Shown here in pieces: positions 1-11,202 of a DNA stretch of 64,000 nucleotides (its first letter is position 1; each line of letters starts with the position of its first letter). The notes under the pieces were generated by a model. It ran no database searches, was not told the origin of the DNA, and saw only the letters and a list, made by a program, of their open reading frames with translations. Location of the stretch: positions 10,470-74,469 of the forward strand of contig CAZYPX010000001.1 of NCBI GenBank assembly GCA_964649675.1, written 5' to 3'. Position numbers and translations under genes: made by a program. This stretch comes from an uncultured Rhodospirillaceae bacterium (GTDB taxonomy: Bacteria > Pseudomonadota > Alphaproteobacteria > UBA9219).

Positions 1-136
1 CGAAGGCTTGGATATCACGTTGACGGACTCCTACGTCTACCAGCGCCAGATCTGGGAGAAGAACCCGGCAACCGCCGCCAACTGGAGCGAGGCCGATATC
101 AACGCCGCTGAGTTTGGCTACAAGGTTCAAACGTAA
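1..136 (+). CDS. 3' end of a phage-like structural (possibly tail-fibre-type) protein; 5' part lies outside the window
   Basis: Frame-2 reading frame is open from the window edge to TAA at 134-136 (…DITLTDSYVYQRQIWEKNPATAANWSEADINAAEFGYKVQT). The context is phage-like. No homology was verified. Confidence 0.3.
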   Translation, partial: EGLDITLTDSYVYQRQIWEKNPATAANWSEADINAAEFGYKVQT

Positions 137-360
137 GAAGAGATCGACATGCTCCGAATTACCCAAACCGCGACGGAAGTCATCCGCCGTCCTACGACTG
201 CGTCCCTGCGCACCTCGCATGTTACAGCCGAGGTTGTGTCACGTCCCGTAACGCGGCATGCTCGAACCACCCACGTCACCGTTGAAATCCTGCGCATGAA
301 CGCCGCACCGGCAACAAACGATCAGCAACCAATGGTCATCATCGTCGCTGGATAAAGCCC

Positions 361-663
361 ATGACTCACCCCCAATCACAACCTGCGCCCTTAGCGCCGG
401 GACAGGAGAACTTTGCCATGAGTCCCAATGAGCAAATCGAGTACTTCCGCAGTATCGGACGGCTAGAGGCGCAAGTTTCAGCGTTGGTCAGCGCTGTGGC
501 CGAACTCAAAACCAAAATGGATGGCATCGACGCGCGGCTCGATCAGCTCGACCGTTTGGCCAATCGATGGAAAGGCGGCTTCGCCGTGATCCTCAGCCTC
601 GGCGCGCTGGCTGGTTTCGTCCTCGACAACCTGTTCCGGTGGTGGACTGCCAAGGGCCAGTGA
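361..663 (+). CDS. hypothetical coiled-coil protein with C-terminal transmembrane helix (phage-associated; holin-like or tail-assembly-like)
   Basis: 100-aa ORF with a central heptad-like region (LEAQVSALVSAVAELKTKMDGIDARLDQLDRL) and a hydrophobic C-terminus (GGFAVILSLGALAGFVLDNLF). Confidence 0.35.
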   Translation: MTHPQSQPAPLAPGQENFAMSPNEQIEYFRSIGRLEAQVSALVSAVAELKTKMDGIDARLDQLDRLANRWKGGFAVILSLGALAGFVLDNLFRWWTAKGQ

Positions 664-785
664 ACACAGCCGGAACCGATCACATGATAATCAAAACGGG
701 CCAATAATCGCCATCAGATAACCCCTTATCTCCTTGATAATCAAGGCGGAAAGAGCGTGAATGATGGTGTGTTAAGGCAAGAATT

Positions 786-1103
786 ATGGAGGCTACTATG
801 AGCAGCAAATTGAATTACCGCGCCATCATTGACGACGTCCAATCCGAGAAATGCAGTGATGAAGAATTGGCAAACCTTCTCGAAATTTTTGAATACGCCG
901 TCAAGAGCATGGCTACGACCCTGGCCTGCAAGGCATGGTTTGATCTGAATGATTTCGCCACCGCAAAAAAGCGGGGCGTCGATGGCTTTATGCTCGTGCT
1001 TGATAAATATCCCCATGCACAGGCCAACCAATGGAAAGGCACCTTTGAGAAGGCAGGCAGGACGGTGAAGGTTTTTTGCACGCTGGAGAAAGATCAGTCT
1101 TGA
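786..1103 (+). CDS. hypothetical protein (105 aa)
   Basis: ORF with an AT-rich codon profile like the surrounding island; no recognisable motif. Confidence 0.25.
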   Translation: MEATMSSKLNYRAIIDDVQSEKCSDEELANLLEIFEYAVKSMATTLACKAWFDLNDFATAKKRGVDGFMLVLDKYPHAQANQWKGTFEKAGRTVKVFCTLEKDQS

Positions 1104-2029
1104 GGGATATCCCAATCGGCCATGCGGTGCTCCCCGGTCTGATAAAACTGACGCACCAATTTGATGCATTCGAGAAAGTCCACATTTTCTTCCGCAAGCC
1201 TGTTCGCTGCATTCCAGTCAACATCCATGCGCTCCCGTGAGGGGATTAGGATTTCGCTATCCGCAGGGCTCTCCACGTCAAGCTTGATAACGCCAATGCC
1301 ATGCAGCCCAGCCAGCATGCGTAATTCCTTTTCTGCACCCTGAATTTCGGCAGCAACAAGATAACCAAAGTTTGACCACGAAGAGTTGCTGACAGCCTGA
1401 AAATAAGCCTCGCGCACATTCGAACGATTGATCAGCTTTTTTACTTCAAAAGACCACAGCTTGGTTTTGCGATCAGCGATTTGCTTCACGCAATCCTTGA
1501 TTTCTTGATGCCACTCCCGGCTGAGGTCTTCCAAACCAACAAGATCAGGGTAAAGCCAGCGATTGCCTCCGGCACCATGATTGTTGTGCGCGCGTTTTTC
1601 GTTAATGCGCTTGCTAAAGACATTCAGTTCGCGCCATAGGAACTCACTGAGCATGGGATAAAGATCATGCTCGGTATATTTCAGAGATGCATCAGCGACA
1701 ACCTGACGTGTGTTTTCTACCGCCGCCGCCTCGGCTTCATCGGACTTGGTGCTGAAGTAGTATTTGCGCGGCCGACCATCGGTTGTTTTCAGTTGCGGGG
1801 ACCGTTTCTCCATTAGCGGACGTTGTGCACTAATCTCGGCGACCAGTTGTTGAACCAATGCGGCATCGGAATCGAGAGGGATAACCGTGGCCTTACTGCG
1901 CTGCTGTTTTTCACGGCACTCAGCCGGATAAGTCTTGAAAATCCAATCCGCGATTTGCCGCGCGGTGAATTTTTCGTCCGGATGAGACTGCAGGAATTCC
2001 AGAACAGTTTTCGACAGGTTCAGCAGCAT
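1094..2029 (-). CDS. Mrr-like restriction-endonuclease-type protein (N-terminal winged helix plus PD-(D/E)xK core)
   Basis: 311-aa ORF. N-terminal part looks like a wH DNA-binding domain. It carries the motif …NRWLYPDLVGLED…WSFEVKK…, which fits D…(D/E)xK. Confidence 0.45.
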   Translation of the reverse strand: MLLNLSKTVLEFLQSHPDEKFTARQIADWIFKTYPAECREKQQRSKATVIPLDSDAALVQQLVAEISAQRPLMEKRSPQLKTTDGRPRKYYFSTKSDEAEAAAVENTRQVVADASLKYTEHDLYPMLSEFLWRELNVFSKRINEKRAHNNHGAGGNRWLYPDLVGLEDLSREWHQEIKDCVKQIADRKTKLWSFEVKKLINRSNVREAYFQAVSNSSWSNFGYLVAAEIQGAEKELRMLAGLHGIGVIKLDVESPADSEILIPSRERMDVDWNAANRLAEENVDFLECIKLVRQFYQTGEHRMADWDIPQD

Positions 2030-2140
2030 GAGTCCTTCCTTGTTAGGACGCGATAATAAGCAATTTGCCTAAAACCACAATCAGGAAGCGCAAAGCCTGA
2101 CTTTTTCAGGATTTTCAACACACAGCCACAGGAGAACGAC

Positions 2141-2812
2141 ATGACTACCCATAAAACGGGGCTGACGCCGCGCGGCATACGCAACAACAACCCAGGCAAC
2201 CTCCGCAAAACGAATGACAAATGGCAAGGGCTGACGGATCCGCAGACAGACGCGGTTTTTTGCACGTTCAAAAGCCCAATTTATGGGATCCGTGCGCTAG
2301 CGCGAACGCTGATCGCCTATCAGGACGATCACAATCTTCGCACGATACGGCAGATCATAAGCCGCTGGGCACCGACCTTGGAAAACGACACGGTCGCCTA
2401 TATCAAGGCTGTCGTTGAAACCACCGGATTCACGCCAGATCAAACTCTCGACATGCATACCTATAATCATCTGAAGCCGCTGGTTCAGGCGATCATCAAA
2501 CACGAAAACGGTCAACAGCCCTACACAGCCACACAGATCGACAAAGCCTTGGTGCTGGCGGGTGTGGAGCCTCCGGCCAAGAACCTCCAACACACGCGCA
2601 CCGTAAAGGGCGGACAGGCCGCTACGGCGGCAACCGTGGGTCTTGGTGCGCTGGAATCCATCCGTGACAGCCTCGACCCGGCACGCGACACGCTGCAAAC
2701 GCTTGTTCCTTACCTCGACATCGCCAAATGGCTTCTGTTGGTAATCACGTTGCTCGGCGTTGGCGTCATGCTCTGGGCGCGGATTGACGATTACAGGAAA
2801 GGACTGCGCTGA
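2141..2812 (+). CDS. phage-derived protein with C-terminal membrane anchor, first gene of a lysis-type cassette
   Basis: 223-aa ORF with the motif GIRNNNPGNLR, which I recall from phage virion or lysis proteins. It has a C-terminal TM helix (WLLLVITLLGVGVMLWA) and is directly followed by spanin-like genes. Confidence 0.4.
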   Translation: MTTHKTGLTPRGIRNNNPGNLRKTNDKWQGLTDPQTDAVFCTFKSPIYGIRALARTLIAYQDDHNLRTIRQIISRWAPTLENDTVAYIKAVVETTGFTPDQTLDMHTYNHLKPLVQAIIKHENGQQPYTATQIDKALVLAGVEPPAKNLQHTRTVKGGQAATAATVGLGALESIRDSLDPARDTLQTLVPYLDIAKWLLLVITLLGVGVMLWARIDDYRKGLR

Positions 2813-3051
2813 TGTGGACGCTTTTATCTGGCTGGCTAACCAGCAACGTCCTGAAACTGATCGGCTGGAGCACAGTAGCTTTATCCGTCCTCGCCGTCCT
2901 ATTCGGCGCACGCCAATCCGGCAAAAACGCCGAGCGCTATGACCAACTCAAGAAAATCGTGGAGATCAAAGATGCGCAATTACGTGCAACGCTTTCTGCC
3001 CCTAGTACTCGCGCTGAGCTTGTTGAATGCCTGCGGGACGGGGATTTCTAG
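2812..3051 (+). CDS. i-spanin (Rz)-like inner-membrane protein
   Basis: 79-aa ORF with an N-terminal TM segment (LIGWSTVALSVLAVLFGA) followed by a charged or coiled region. Its start overlaps the stop of the upstream gene (ATGA). Confidence 0.4.
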   Translation: MWTLLSGWLTSNVLKLIGWSTVALSVLAVLFGARQSGKNAERYDQLKKIVEIKDAQLRATLSAPSTRAELVECLRDGDF

Positions 3052-3205
3052 ATCAGCCTGTGTTTGTCCTCCAATCAAGGCGTATAGCAAAGAGATTCAG
3101 GTTGCTCTAGCGGAAGAGATCAAAGCTGCTCCTTCCGGCGCTGTATTTCCTCAATTTTTAGGTGATTATGCGCTGCTACGAAATCAAATTGGTCTATGCA
3201 AATAA
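2972..3205 (+). CDS. o-spanin (Rz1)-like lipoprotein, encoded out of frame overlapping the i-spanin gene
   Basis: GGAG lies 7 nt upstream of ATG 2972. There is a signal peptide plus a lipobox-like LLNAC, and the mature part is Cys- and Pro-containing (CVCPPIK). This is the classical overlapped Rz/Rz1 geometry. Confidence 0.4.
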   Translation: MRNYVQRFLPLVLALSLLNACGTGISRSACVCPPIKAYSKEIQVALAEEIKAAPSGAVFPQFLGDYALLRNQIGLCK

Positions 3206-6200
3206 TCCATTTGCGTTGGGTCTGTACTCGAACTTCACACGCAATCGTTTGGCACGTTCTTTAAAAGCAGCCTCTCCACCTTCTAGAATTTCACAAACTT
3301 TCCGTCGAATTTCAGGATTTTCCAACCCACCGCTGAAGTACCGAATTTTTGGAAGCTGATTTTGTTGATGCTTTCCACAAGAAGCAATGATTATCTGGTC
3401 TGCATCAGTATTAACAACAAGATTAGCATTATGAGTCACGATAATAATTTGACGACGCTTTCGCGCTGATTTAAACAGAGGAACGAGTTCATCGAAGATT
3501 GATTTTGGATCAAGGTTTTCTTCCGGTTGATCAATAATAAGAGGGCGGTCATCTTCTTTGTCTACCAGTAAATACAATGATAACAACACGATTCCGCGAG
3601 TACCTGGCGATAGCTGCTTTATATCGACCCCTTCATGTTGGATGCCATATTTTACCGTTATGTGGGCTGTCCCATATAGCCAATCCGCAACGTTGTTTGC
3701 CCAGGATCTAAAAGCTGGACGGTCACTTTTTTCAACTTGTGAATGTTCCAGAAGCCCCTGATCATATTTTTCACGGAATAAATTAAGAGCAGACACTATT
3801 TCATCAGAATTTCCTTTCTCCCATGCCACCTGAAGCTCGTTCTGAACCGCAGTTAAAAGTGCTCCCTTACCCTTAAATGGACCTGCTTTTCGCAAATCAA
3901 GAAGCGATTCTCCGCGCTCCGACCAAGATTTTATATCAGCCCGACGCTGCACAATAAAAGAAAGCTTACCAACGGTGCCTTCCTGAGCCTGAAGGTGCTT
4001 CATTAGCGGTTGGTAAAGTGCCTTTAATTGATTTTCCTCTTCTTGAATTGCTTCCAGTACAGCTCTGTACGCTTTTTTCCGTTCATCAATGATATCTTTA
4101 ATTCGTCCAGAAGCTTTTTCAGCGGCTTCAATGTCGCGTTGCAGCTTAGCTTTCTCGGCCTCATCCTTGGCTATTTTTTGACTTATGCGTGCGTATTTTT
4201 TTGCGTTTTCGTTATCAACGCCAATGAGCTGCTGCAACCTAGCAAGCTCTGCGCTTAACAATTCAAACGTTTGTTCATTCAAAGGTACTCCGGTAGGAAT
4301 TAGCGAGTCCACATGAGAGTTCTGAGCCGAAATCGCAGTTCCCGTAATTGATTTTACCAATAAATCAACTTTCTCGTTTTCACATTTGAGAATGGCATCG
4401 ACATCTCCCGCAAATTGAAAGTGGAATTTGTTCCATTGATCCTCATCGAGAAGAGCCGCAGCATGGGTTGTATGTAGTTTTCTAAATGTTTGCGGAAACA
4501 CAGAAGCCTTTATGTTCTTAATTTCTTCCTGTAAGTTTTTGAGAGCTAGTTGCCGTCTTTTCGCGGCTTCGAGTTTCGCACGTACCGAGTCAAGCGCTAA
4601 TGCAACTTCTCCATGCTTTGTTGCACGCTCTTCTTTGCCTTTCCCGACAAGCGACTGTCGATCTTTCTTATCGTTTTCTATGGCTCTTTCTTTTTCTCTC
4701 AATTGTTTCTTTAGTGCTGGAAGACTATCTATTTTTTCACGTTCTGAATTAAGCTCATCCGAAAGTGCCGATAAATGTTTTTCATGGTAGTCCCGAGAGG
4801 CCTTTGCTTGCGCTGAGCGTAAATCAAGTAACTCTCGAAAACTTCCTGCACCCATTCGATCTTCTAACTTATGAGCTTGAAAGATAACCCGTTCTATCTC
4901 TTCCATTAACTTATCTGTCGGCCCTTCTGCGGTACATAAATCTTCAACAAACTGCTGTGAAAGATACTGGACACGAGGAACATCTAGTAACTCTTCGATT
5001 TCAACAAATCGAAGGCCGTTGCTTGTAGACTCTCCCGCGCCCCATACCAGAGTAGCCGTTTCGTCGGTAAATAACTCATTCGCACGATGAATAAATGATC
5101 TCTCGTTCAACTGCGATAATGCCGAATAGCCACCGACGGCAACAAGATCCGCAAGCGCTGTTTTTCCAGAGCCGCGTGCGCCGATGACCGCTATTAAACC
5201 GGAATTAAGTTGTATGCATGAGGTTTCCAGCCAAGCTGCATCGCTTACGTGAACACTTCGAATAATCTGCGAGGGCGTTCCTCCTGTCGGGCAATTCTCA
5301 GCGATGCAAACGCGTCCATCTGGTTCTATGCACGCTTGCCTAAGTGATTCAAATGTCAAATCACCCTTAATCCATGAATATCTGTTTAAAGCGGGATTTG
5401 CGACAGCAGCTTGCTCATGAGCATCGCAGCCATGTAAACATGGCTTTCTTCCATCGTACATTTCTTCGAGTTGAACGGTTGATAGCCTTCCTTTCCCCAA
5501 CCAAAACTCTCTTTGTTTGGGGTTCGATGAAAATATGATGTGCGATACCCGTTCAATTTCGATTCTGGTTGCAGCAAAAGTAGCATCTTGCTGCAGTCCT
5601 GAGGTTCCATCCGAACCATTACCAGAAACCGCAACGAGAATATTTTGAAGTGCCCATTCGTTCTGCCTGAAAACACCTCTTAGTTGATCTAGGGAGATTT
5701 TAAATTGATTGGTTCCTGCTGAAAGCGCCTGCTTTTCATCCAAGGTTGCACCGCAGCACGCCCTTCCAAGCAGTATTAGATCCTCGCGTTCACATCTGTA
5801 GGTTTCTTTGCCGTATTCAAAGGAAAAGTTCTTTAAAAAACGTTTGATTTGATCGACATGATCAGGATCGTCAGGTGATACGAGAAAATGAGTGTTTATA
5901 GCTGTCCCGCGAGATGTTCCAACGATTAGCCGAAATTCAATGTTCGGAAAAATTAATCCGACATTTTTTAGACGTCCTGTTGCTTTATATTCCAACACTT
6001 TCTCGTAGTTCTTCAGGCTTAAGTAATCTGTATAGCCGAGCTAAAATAAAATGATCAAAAGAAGGAAACCAAATGGGATCCCCGCCTTCGCGGGGATGAC
6101 GAGTATGGGATTCATTTCAAAATATAAAACCGTCATCCCCGCGAAGGCGGGGATCCCATTTTTTGAATCATTTTATTCTGGATCAGCTATAATGCCAAGG

Positions 6201-6394
6201 GCACGAATTTGAGGATCAGACGATTCAATTTGAGAAAGAAAGGAATTCCACGGATCTTCTCCATTAAATTGATCGTTTAATATTGTTTCAGGCGTATGTA
6301 TGTGGGGATCCCAGCGATGCCAAACTGATCCTTCAGGATTTTTTGTAAAATCTCTCTTTGTATTTGGTTCCTCTGTTTTAGCGGCAATTTGCAT
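3194..6394 (-). pseudogene. PHP-domain fused to ABC/SMC-like coiled-coil ATPase (about 1000 aa), reading frame interrupted by a palindromic insertion
   Basis: The upstream 73-aa ORF (6394-6173) carries WDPHIHTPET (PHP motif I). The 934-aa ORF continues the PHP fold (NIEFRL, INTHFLV, CLHGCDAHE matching GSDAH-like motif IV). It then carries Walker A VIGARGSGKT and a coiled coil of about 400 aa. The ABC signature LSPGTRG, Walker B LIIDQPEENLD and H-loop VTHN follow. Both ORFs are in the same frame (coordinate mod 3 = 1) and are separated by the 6041-6176 element, which supplies TAA and TAG stops. Confidence 0.6.
6041..6176. mobile_element. MITE-like palindromic element (about 136 bp) inserted inside the PHP-ATPase gene
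   Basis: Perfect 28-nt inverted repeat AATGGGATCCCCGCCTTCGCGGGGATGAC / GTCATCCCCGCGAAGGCGGGGATCCCATT around a 33-nt core. It is flanked by outer inverted ends AAAATAAAATGAT / ATCATTTTATT that carry stop codons. Confidence 0.6.
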
Positions 6395-6493
6395 AACTAT
6401 CTCCCCACGATATTCTGTCGTTCCAGATTAAACTCGATAGTTCACGAGCATACTGTTAGGCAATAAAAGACCGACTCGTTTGATAAAGCCGAG

Positions 6494-9001
6494 TTAACCC
6501 GCTACGTTTCCGCGATATTCCACAACAGTCAGAACGGTATCGTATAAACCAACATCTTCAAGCTCGTGCTTGTTGATACCAGTGTATTCAAGGCTAGCAT
6601 CCTCATAGCGTTTAAATTTGTAGACAGCATCATTCATCAATGCGCTGTTGAAAACGCCAAGGCTGACCAGTAGCTCGAAGTCTTTGACGATCAATCCCGT
6701 AACTTTTTTAAACAGGCCGGGTTCAAGCTGAGTGACAACATCTCTTAAGGCTTTCTCGCGGTAATCCGTGAGATACATAAAAACGGGAATACGCGTGGCA
6801 AACTTGATAAGCTTTTCTTGAATTTGCTTGCGAAGGCTTTTGTATTCTCTTTCTTCTTCGCTTAACTGCTTCTTTTCTTTAGCCGTCAGTTCACGCTCAT
6901 TGGCTGCTTGTTTGGCCTTTTGGACAGCATCTGATTTGTTAATGATCGTTTCAATATCCTCATTGAGTGTGCGAAACCCTTCAATTCGCATTAATGCATC
7001 CATCGCGTCCTTATTTTTCATCAAGCGGTGCAGAGTGTTGTTGTCCACATTGACCAACAGAGCACTTTCCCAACGCCGTGCCAGCAGCGTGGCTGTCGTA
7101 CCACTCATTGCCATATCTAATACACCGGCGGCATTGATTTGCTTCATCGAACTACCGTCGTAAGCCAGTACGGGCAGGAAGTGTATAAACTCCTCAACCT
7201 TTTTCTCGGGGTTCGCTTCATCAATGTTCAAACGGCAGCTGTAATCTGCGATCTGACGAAGCGCACGATCGGGTGCAAAATCAAAAACGTAACACTCACG
7301 CTTGATGATTTCCTGCTTGTTCGGTGATTTGCTATCAGGGTTTTTGATGACCCACGGCGTCTGTACGCGGAACGCGGCCTGAAAATATGTCTCAGGACTT
7401 GAGCAATTTCTCAACATGAGAATACCAGTCCAAGGCTTAACCGAGACACCAGTGGTTAACTTACCGCAAGAAAGTGTAATGGTCTTTGAAATTAAAGGGT
7501 TGTCCATTGCATCTTCAACAGGTGGTAATGCCGCAACACCGAGACCTGCCTCAGAACCTGCAGCAACAATAATCTTATAGTCCTGGTAAAATTTGTTCTG
7601 CCGTTGCTTAAGCAAGTTTTTCATCGCATGGCACGATGAGACAGAAGGCAAAAACCAAAAAGTATGAGAAAGCACGTTAAGCAGTCGCGCGTCTGAAAAA
7701 GGCATGGGTGGTTTTTCTGCACCAAGCTTCAAGTTATCGACAGTTGTTTCCAAGAACGCACCACGTATCAAATCCAGCCATTTCTGGACATCGCTTTCAT
7801 ATTTAAACTTAGCTTTTGAGCCTTCACCGTTCGCTGAAAAAAAGATGTTCAAGTCGAACTGGTTATACTCCCCGCCCATGGCGATCTCACGAATAGAATC
7901 CGGCAACTGGTAGGTTAGCATGACCAAACGTGGCAAAGACTCATAAGGGTTGTTTTCGCCCTTCCATTTTTCCTTGGCGCGCTGCTCATCAGAATATGTC
8001 CAATTATAAATCTGTTCCTCGATGAACTCACCAGCAGCAATAGCGCGGAAAGGAGTGCCTGAGAGATAAAGGTATGCCGAAGTTGTAATCGGCATATTGC
8101 TCTCGTCAAAAAATTCCAAGCCTCTACCTTCGGCATCACGTATTTCTCGCTCGTCCTCGGCTTCAAAGAGATCTTTCGCGTTCTCGCGCCACGCGCCGTA
8201 ATGATATTCGTCAAAGGCTACGCAATCCCAATTTGTGGTGTGCACCCATTCATTTCTCGCCTTGATGCCACCAGCGGAATTTTTGCCCAAATAGTCTTGA
8301 AATGAGCCAAAGCAAACGATAGGCCTCTTCGGGTCAGCTTCCTCAAAAGAAAGACCGTTCCTGGAAATAAACTGCCAGCCTTTGAAATCGACGTGAGATT
8401 TAAGATCTTCCTCCCAGGCGCTCTGCACAGCGGGCTTAAAGGTCAAAACTAAAATGCGCTTCCATCCCATCTTTTTGGCAAGCTGATAGGTGGCGAATGT
8501 CTTGCCAAAACGCATTTTCGCGTTCCAAAGGAAGTGTGGCGTCTTCTTAGGATTTTCTTTCCTGAAACTTTTAAAGTAGGCAGCTGTTTTCTCTACAGCT
8601 TCCTGCTGTTCGGGTCGCATCCCAAAATCCAGCGTCCGGTTCTCCTCATTCTCAATCCCATCACGCACGGCGACGATTGACGCCTTCACGTCTTTCACGG
8701 AACACTTGAACCATTCGCCATCAGGGTTCTTGAAACCCTTCTTCTTCAAATGGCGATGAATATCGTGATCAGTGAAAGAGCTGCCGTCCTTGCGCATGGC
8801 AGATTCTTCAAGCACGATTTCGTACGGAAGTTTTCCGGGACGAAGCGTCGGGTATTGTTGTGCAACACGACTTTTAACATCCACGCTGGTAAAGCCAACT
8901 TTTAACAACCCGGCATATTGGGGGTTTGTATCACGGTAAGCATAGATTGTTGGCTTAGCCTCTGGCCTTGGCGGAAAGAAAACATCACTCATCCGTGACA
9001 T
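6494..9001 (-). CDS. SF2 helicase (ResIII/DEAH-like) with N-terminal T5orf172 (GIY-YIG-like) domain
   Basis: 835-aa ORF. N-terminus [22 protein letters not shown]…EWFKCS fits T5orf172. It is followed by Walker A-like RFGKTF and a DEYHYG box. The gene overlaps the upstream MTase gene by 17 nt. Confidence 0.6.
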   Translation of the reverse strand: MSRMSDVFFPPRPEAKPTIYAYRDTNPQYAGLLKVGFTSVDVKSRVAQQYPTLRPGKLPYEIVLEESAMRKDGSSFTDHDIHRHLKKKGFKNPDGEWFKCSVKDVKASIVAVRDGIENEENRTLDFGMRPEQQEAVEKTAAYFKSFRKENPKKTPHFLWNAKMRFGKTFATYQLAKKMGWKRILVLTFKPAVQSAWEEDLKSHVDFKGWQFISRNGLSFEEADPKRPIVCFGSFQDYLGKNSAGGIKARNEWVHTTNWDCVAFDEYHYGAWRENAKDLFEAEDEREIRDAEGRGLEFFDESNMPITTSAYLYLSGTPFRAIAAGEFIEEQIYNWTYSDEQRAKEKWKGENNPYESLPRLVMLTYQLPDSIREIAMGGEYNQFDLNIFFSANGEGSKAKFKYESDVQKWLDLIRGAFLETTVDNLKLGAEKPPMPFSDARLLNVLSHTFWFLPSVSSCHAMKNLLKQRQNKFYQDYKIIVAAGSEAGLGVAALPPVEDAMDNPLISKTITLSCGKLTTGVSVKPWTGILMLRNCSSPETYFQAAFRVQTPWVIKNPDSKSPNKQEIIKRECYVFDFAPDRALRQIADYSCRLNIDEANPEKKVEEFIHFLPVLAYDGSSMKQINAAGVLDMAMSGTTATLLARRWESALLVNVDNNTLHRLMKNKDAMDALMRIEGFRTLNEDIETIINKSDAVQKAKQAANERELTAKEKKQLSEEEREYKSLRKQIQEKLIKFATRIPVFMYLTDYREKALRDVVTQLEPGLFKKVTGLIVKDFELLVSLGVFNSALMNDAVYKFKRYEDASLEYTGINKHELEDVGLYDTVLTVVEYRGNVAG

Positions 9002-10553
9002 CCCCTATCAAATCACTATCCATTGGACGAACCATTGATTCAATAAATGCGATGTCCTTCTTGTCCAAAGCATATTTCTTGTACAACTTCTCGTCCGTCC
9101 ACTCCTTGGAAAAATCCTGCATAGGCACGAAGGTATAGACCCTACGGGTAGTATCCTGAGATGGCTTGTGCAGGAGAATTAGTAGCCGTGTAAGGCGGCA
9201 TGATAGGTAGGATAACACGCTCTCAGCTTGTTTTTGGGATTCTAGCGGCCCAATACATAAATATGTTTCAGAAGAGATCGTACCCGGCTCACCAATAAAA
9301 GGGGTGCTTATGATCTTATGTGGGTAGGTATCTTTGTTGCCAGTCCCTGGAGCAGCTCGACCAGTGAAAACTTTCCATTTATCGATGTATTGGGTTCCGG
9401 ATGTAATCCTTTCTCTTGGGGTGTAGCCTACGCCCCCGTTCTGATAAACTGTCACATCATTGCTACGTTTGGCTGTTTTACCCTTGAATGTAGTCTCTAA
9501 ACCGAACGGCTTCCTAGAACTAACCAAACGATCAAAGCGCTTTGTTTCAGGCAGAGCGAGTGTTTGGGTTTGACCAGTCTCGACAGCGATGACTTTCTTA
9601 AGAATAGAAAGGCCTTCATTGAAACGAATAAAGACATCAGCTCCTTCTTCTCTAAGAGGCCGAACGGTTGTCGAAACCGGCCAATCCTTAAAGTGAGTGC
9701 TTACCTTACAAGGACCTGGATTGTCGCGGTCCCAAAGAAAGTAACAGACGCCTCCTTTGAGGCCGACACCGGGAAAAACATCGGAAGCACTTAGATAGTC
9801 ATCAATAGAACGCAATCGGTTGTCGGAAAGCATCCCGTCTCTGAATTCATCCAGTCCCTTGCCACCAGAAAACCATCTGGAAGGAATAATCATGCTCAAA
9901 TATCGCGGATTTAATTTTTTAGCTTGTTCAACAAATTTATCGTAAATGGGTGCAGCGCTAGTTCCGAAGCCAGAGTCACTCAACTGGTAGGGCGGGTTTC
10001 CTACAATGACGTCAAATCTCATGTTGAATATCCTTTCCGGCTCGTTGGTATGTATAAATTCATAGGCATGTGTTTCTAGTCCTTCTTCGCGCGAATAATT
10101 CTCTTGGCTTGCTCCACAGAACTCGCATTTTCCATTTTTCCAAGCATGTTCGGTGTGCACGTAGCGAATGTTTCCCGCCTCCCGCTTAAACGCATTTGTG
10201 ACAGAATAGTCTCCGTTAGCTTTTTTCGAACAGTACACCGAACGTCGCGATAAAAGGGATGTCATCTCAGTGATGGAAATCCCGTAAAGCTGTTTTCCGT
10301 AGATATGGTCAATGCGCTTTTGCAAATCTGGAATTTCCTTTTCAAGTCCTTTCAAAAGGCGCTTCGCTATTTCTCTCAGGAACACACCAGATTTGCACAC
10401 AGGGTCAAGAAAAGTCGCGTTTTTGTCCTGCCAAATCGTTTCAGGCAAAAGGTTAAGAACAAGATTTGCGACTAGGGGCGGCGTAAAAACCTCGTCGTTG
10501 CTCAAGTTGGCAAGACAGCTCAAAACATCCGGATTGTAGTTGATCTTAAGCAT
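8985..10553 (-). CDS. gamma-class N6-adenine DNA methyltransferase
   Basis: 522-aa ORF with motif [13 protein letters not shown], motif [13 protein letters not shown] and motif IV NPPY in the order X-I-IV, as in the Eco57I/TaqI type. Confidence 0.6.
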   Translation of the reverse strand: MLKINYNPDVLSCLANLSNDEVFTPPLVANLVLNLLPETIWQDKNATFLDPVCKSGVFLREIAKRLLKGLEKEIPDLQKRIDHIYGKQLYGISITEMTSLLSRRSVYCSKKANGDYSVTNAFKREAGNIRYVHTEHAWKNGKCEFCGASQENYSREEGLETHAYEFIHTNEPERIFNMRFDVIVGNPPYQLSDSGFGTSAAPIYDKFVEQAKKLNPRYLSMIIPSRWFSGGKGLDEFRDGMLSDNRLRSIDDYLSASDVFPGVGLKGGVCYFLWDRDNPGPCKVSTHFKDWPVSTTVRPLREEGADVFIRFNEGLSILKKVIAVETGQTQTLALPETKRFDRLVSSRKPFGLETTFKGKTAKRSNDVTVYQNGGVGYTPRERITSGTQYIDKWKVFTGRAAPGTGNKDTYPHKIISTPFIGEPGTISSETYLCIGPLESQKQAESVLSYLSCRLTRLLILLHKPSQDTTRRVYTFVPMQDFSKEWTDEKLYKKYALDKKDIAFIESMVRPMDSDLIGDVTDE

Positions 10554-11202
10554 TGTCGCTCAACTTCAAAAAATGCATCAGCGGAAATTCTCTGACAGGC
10601 TTCGGGATGATTGCTGGTTCGTTTAAATCGGAAAAAAGAGTCATTTCGCCCATTGGCTGGTAATCCAGCAAATGAGCTAAAGAATAGTCCCGGCGCTTGA
10701 TCATGCTTCCATTGACCGCAGACCATTCAGCAAAAATGATGGGTTCTTGCTTGCCACAAACCGTTTTCATAGTCAGCGCATCGCCCCACAGTATGTTTTT
10801 GCTAAAAATGAATTTGACCGACTGGCGACAGGCCTCGTTGCATTCTTTGCTATAAAGAGACGTATACCGGTCATCAAAAAGATCGAAAAGTCTCTGACGA
10901 CATTGAAAGACGTTATCCTCCAGAATGTCTACGCCGTAGATTGAAGAGACTGCTAAAACAGCGTATCTTTCGTATTCGAGTTTGCTTTTCTTATAGCGGC
11001 TCTCTACGATGGCCAACTTGCGCCGCAAAACCTCGATGAGAAAATTTCCCGTTCCGCAGGCAGGTTCCAAGAAGCGGGATTCGATCCTATCGGTTTCCTG
11101 CCTAACGAGATTAAGCATCGCATTTACTTCCCTTTCAGGAGTAAACACCTCTCCGTGATCATTCACACGTTGTTTTGATTTGATTTGCAAAGCGCTAAAC
11201 AT
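10546..11202 (-). CDS. MTase-like protein with motifs X and I only (truncated or degenerate N6A-MTase module)
   Basis: [14 protein letters not shown] and [12 protein letters not shown] are present but no NPPY/F. The likely start is ATG at 11202, which overlaps the Xis stop by 8 nt (ATGTTTAG). The ORF track extends to 11358 in overlap with xis. Confidence 0.45.
   Translation of the reverse strand: MFSALQIKSKQRVNDHGEVFTPEREVNAMLNLVRQETDRIESRFLEPACGTGNFLIEVLRRKLAIVESRYKKSKLEYERYAVLAVSSIYGVDILEDNVFQCRQRLFDLFDDRYTSLYSKECNEACRQSVKFIFSKNILWGDALTMKTVCGKQEPIIFAEWSAVNGSMIKRRDYSLAHLLDYQPMGEMTLFSDLNEPAIIPKPVREFPLMHFLKLSDNA

Noticed and set aside
2020-2911. ORFs 2020-2271(-), 2221-2418(+) and 2297-2911(-) overlapping the phage protein gene
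   Set aside because: They overlap the better-supported 2141-2812 gene (clear motif and TM anchor) in other frames or on the other strand, and have no features of their own.
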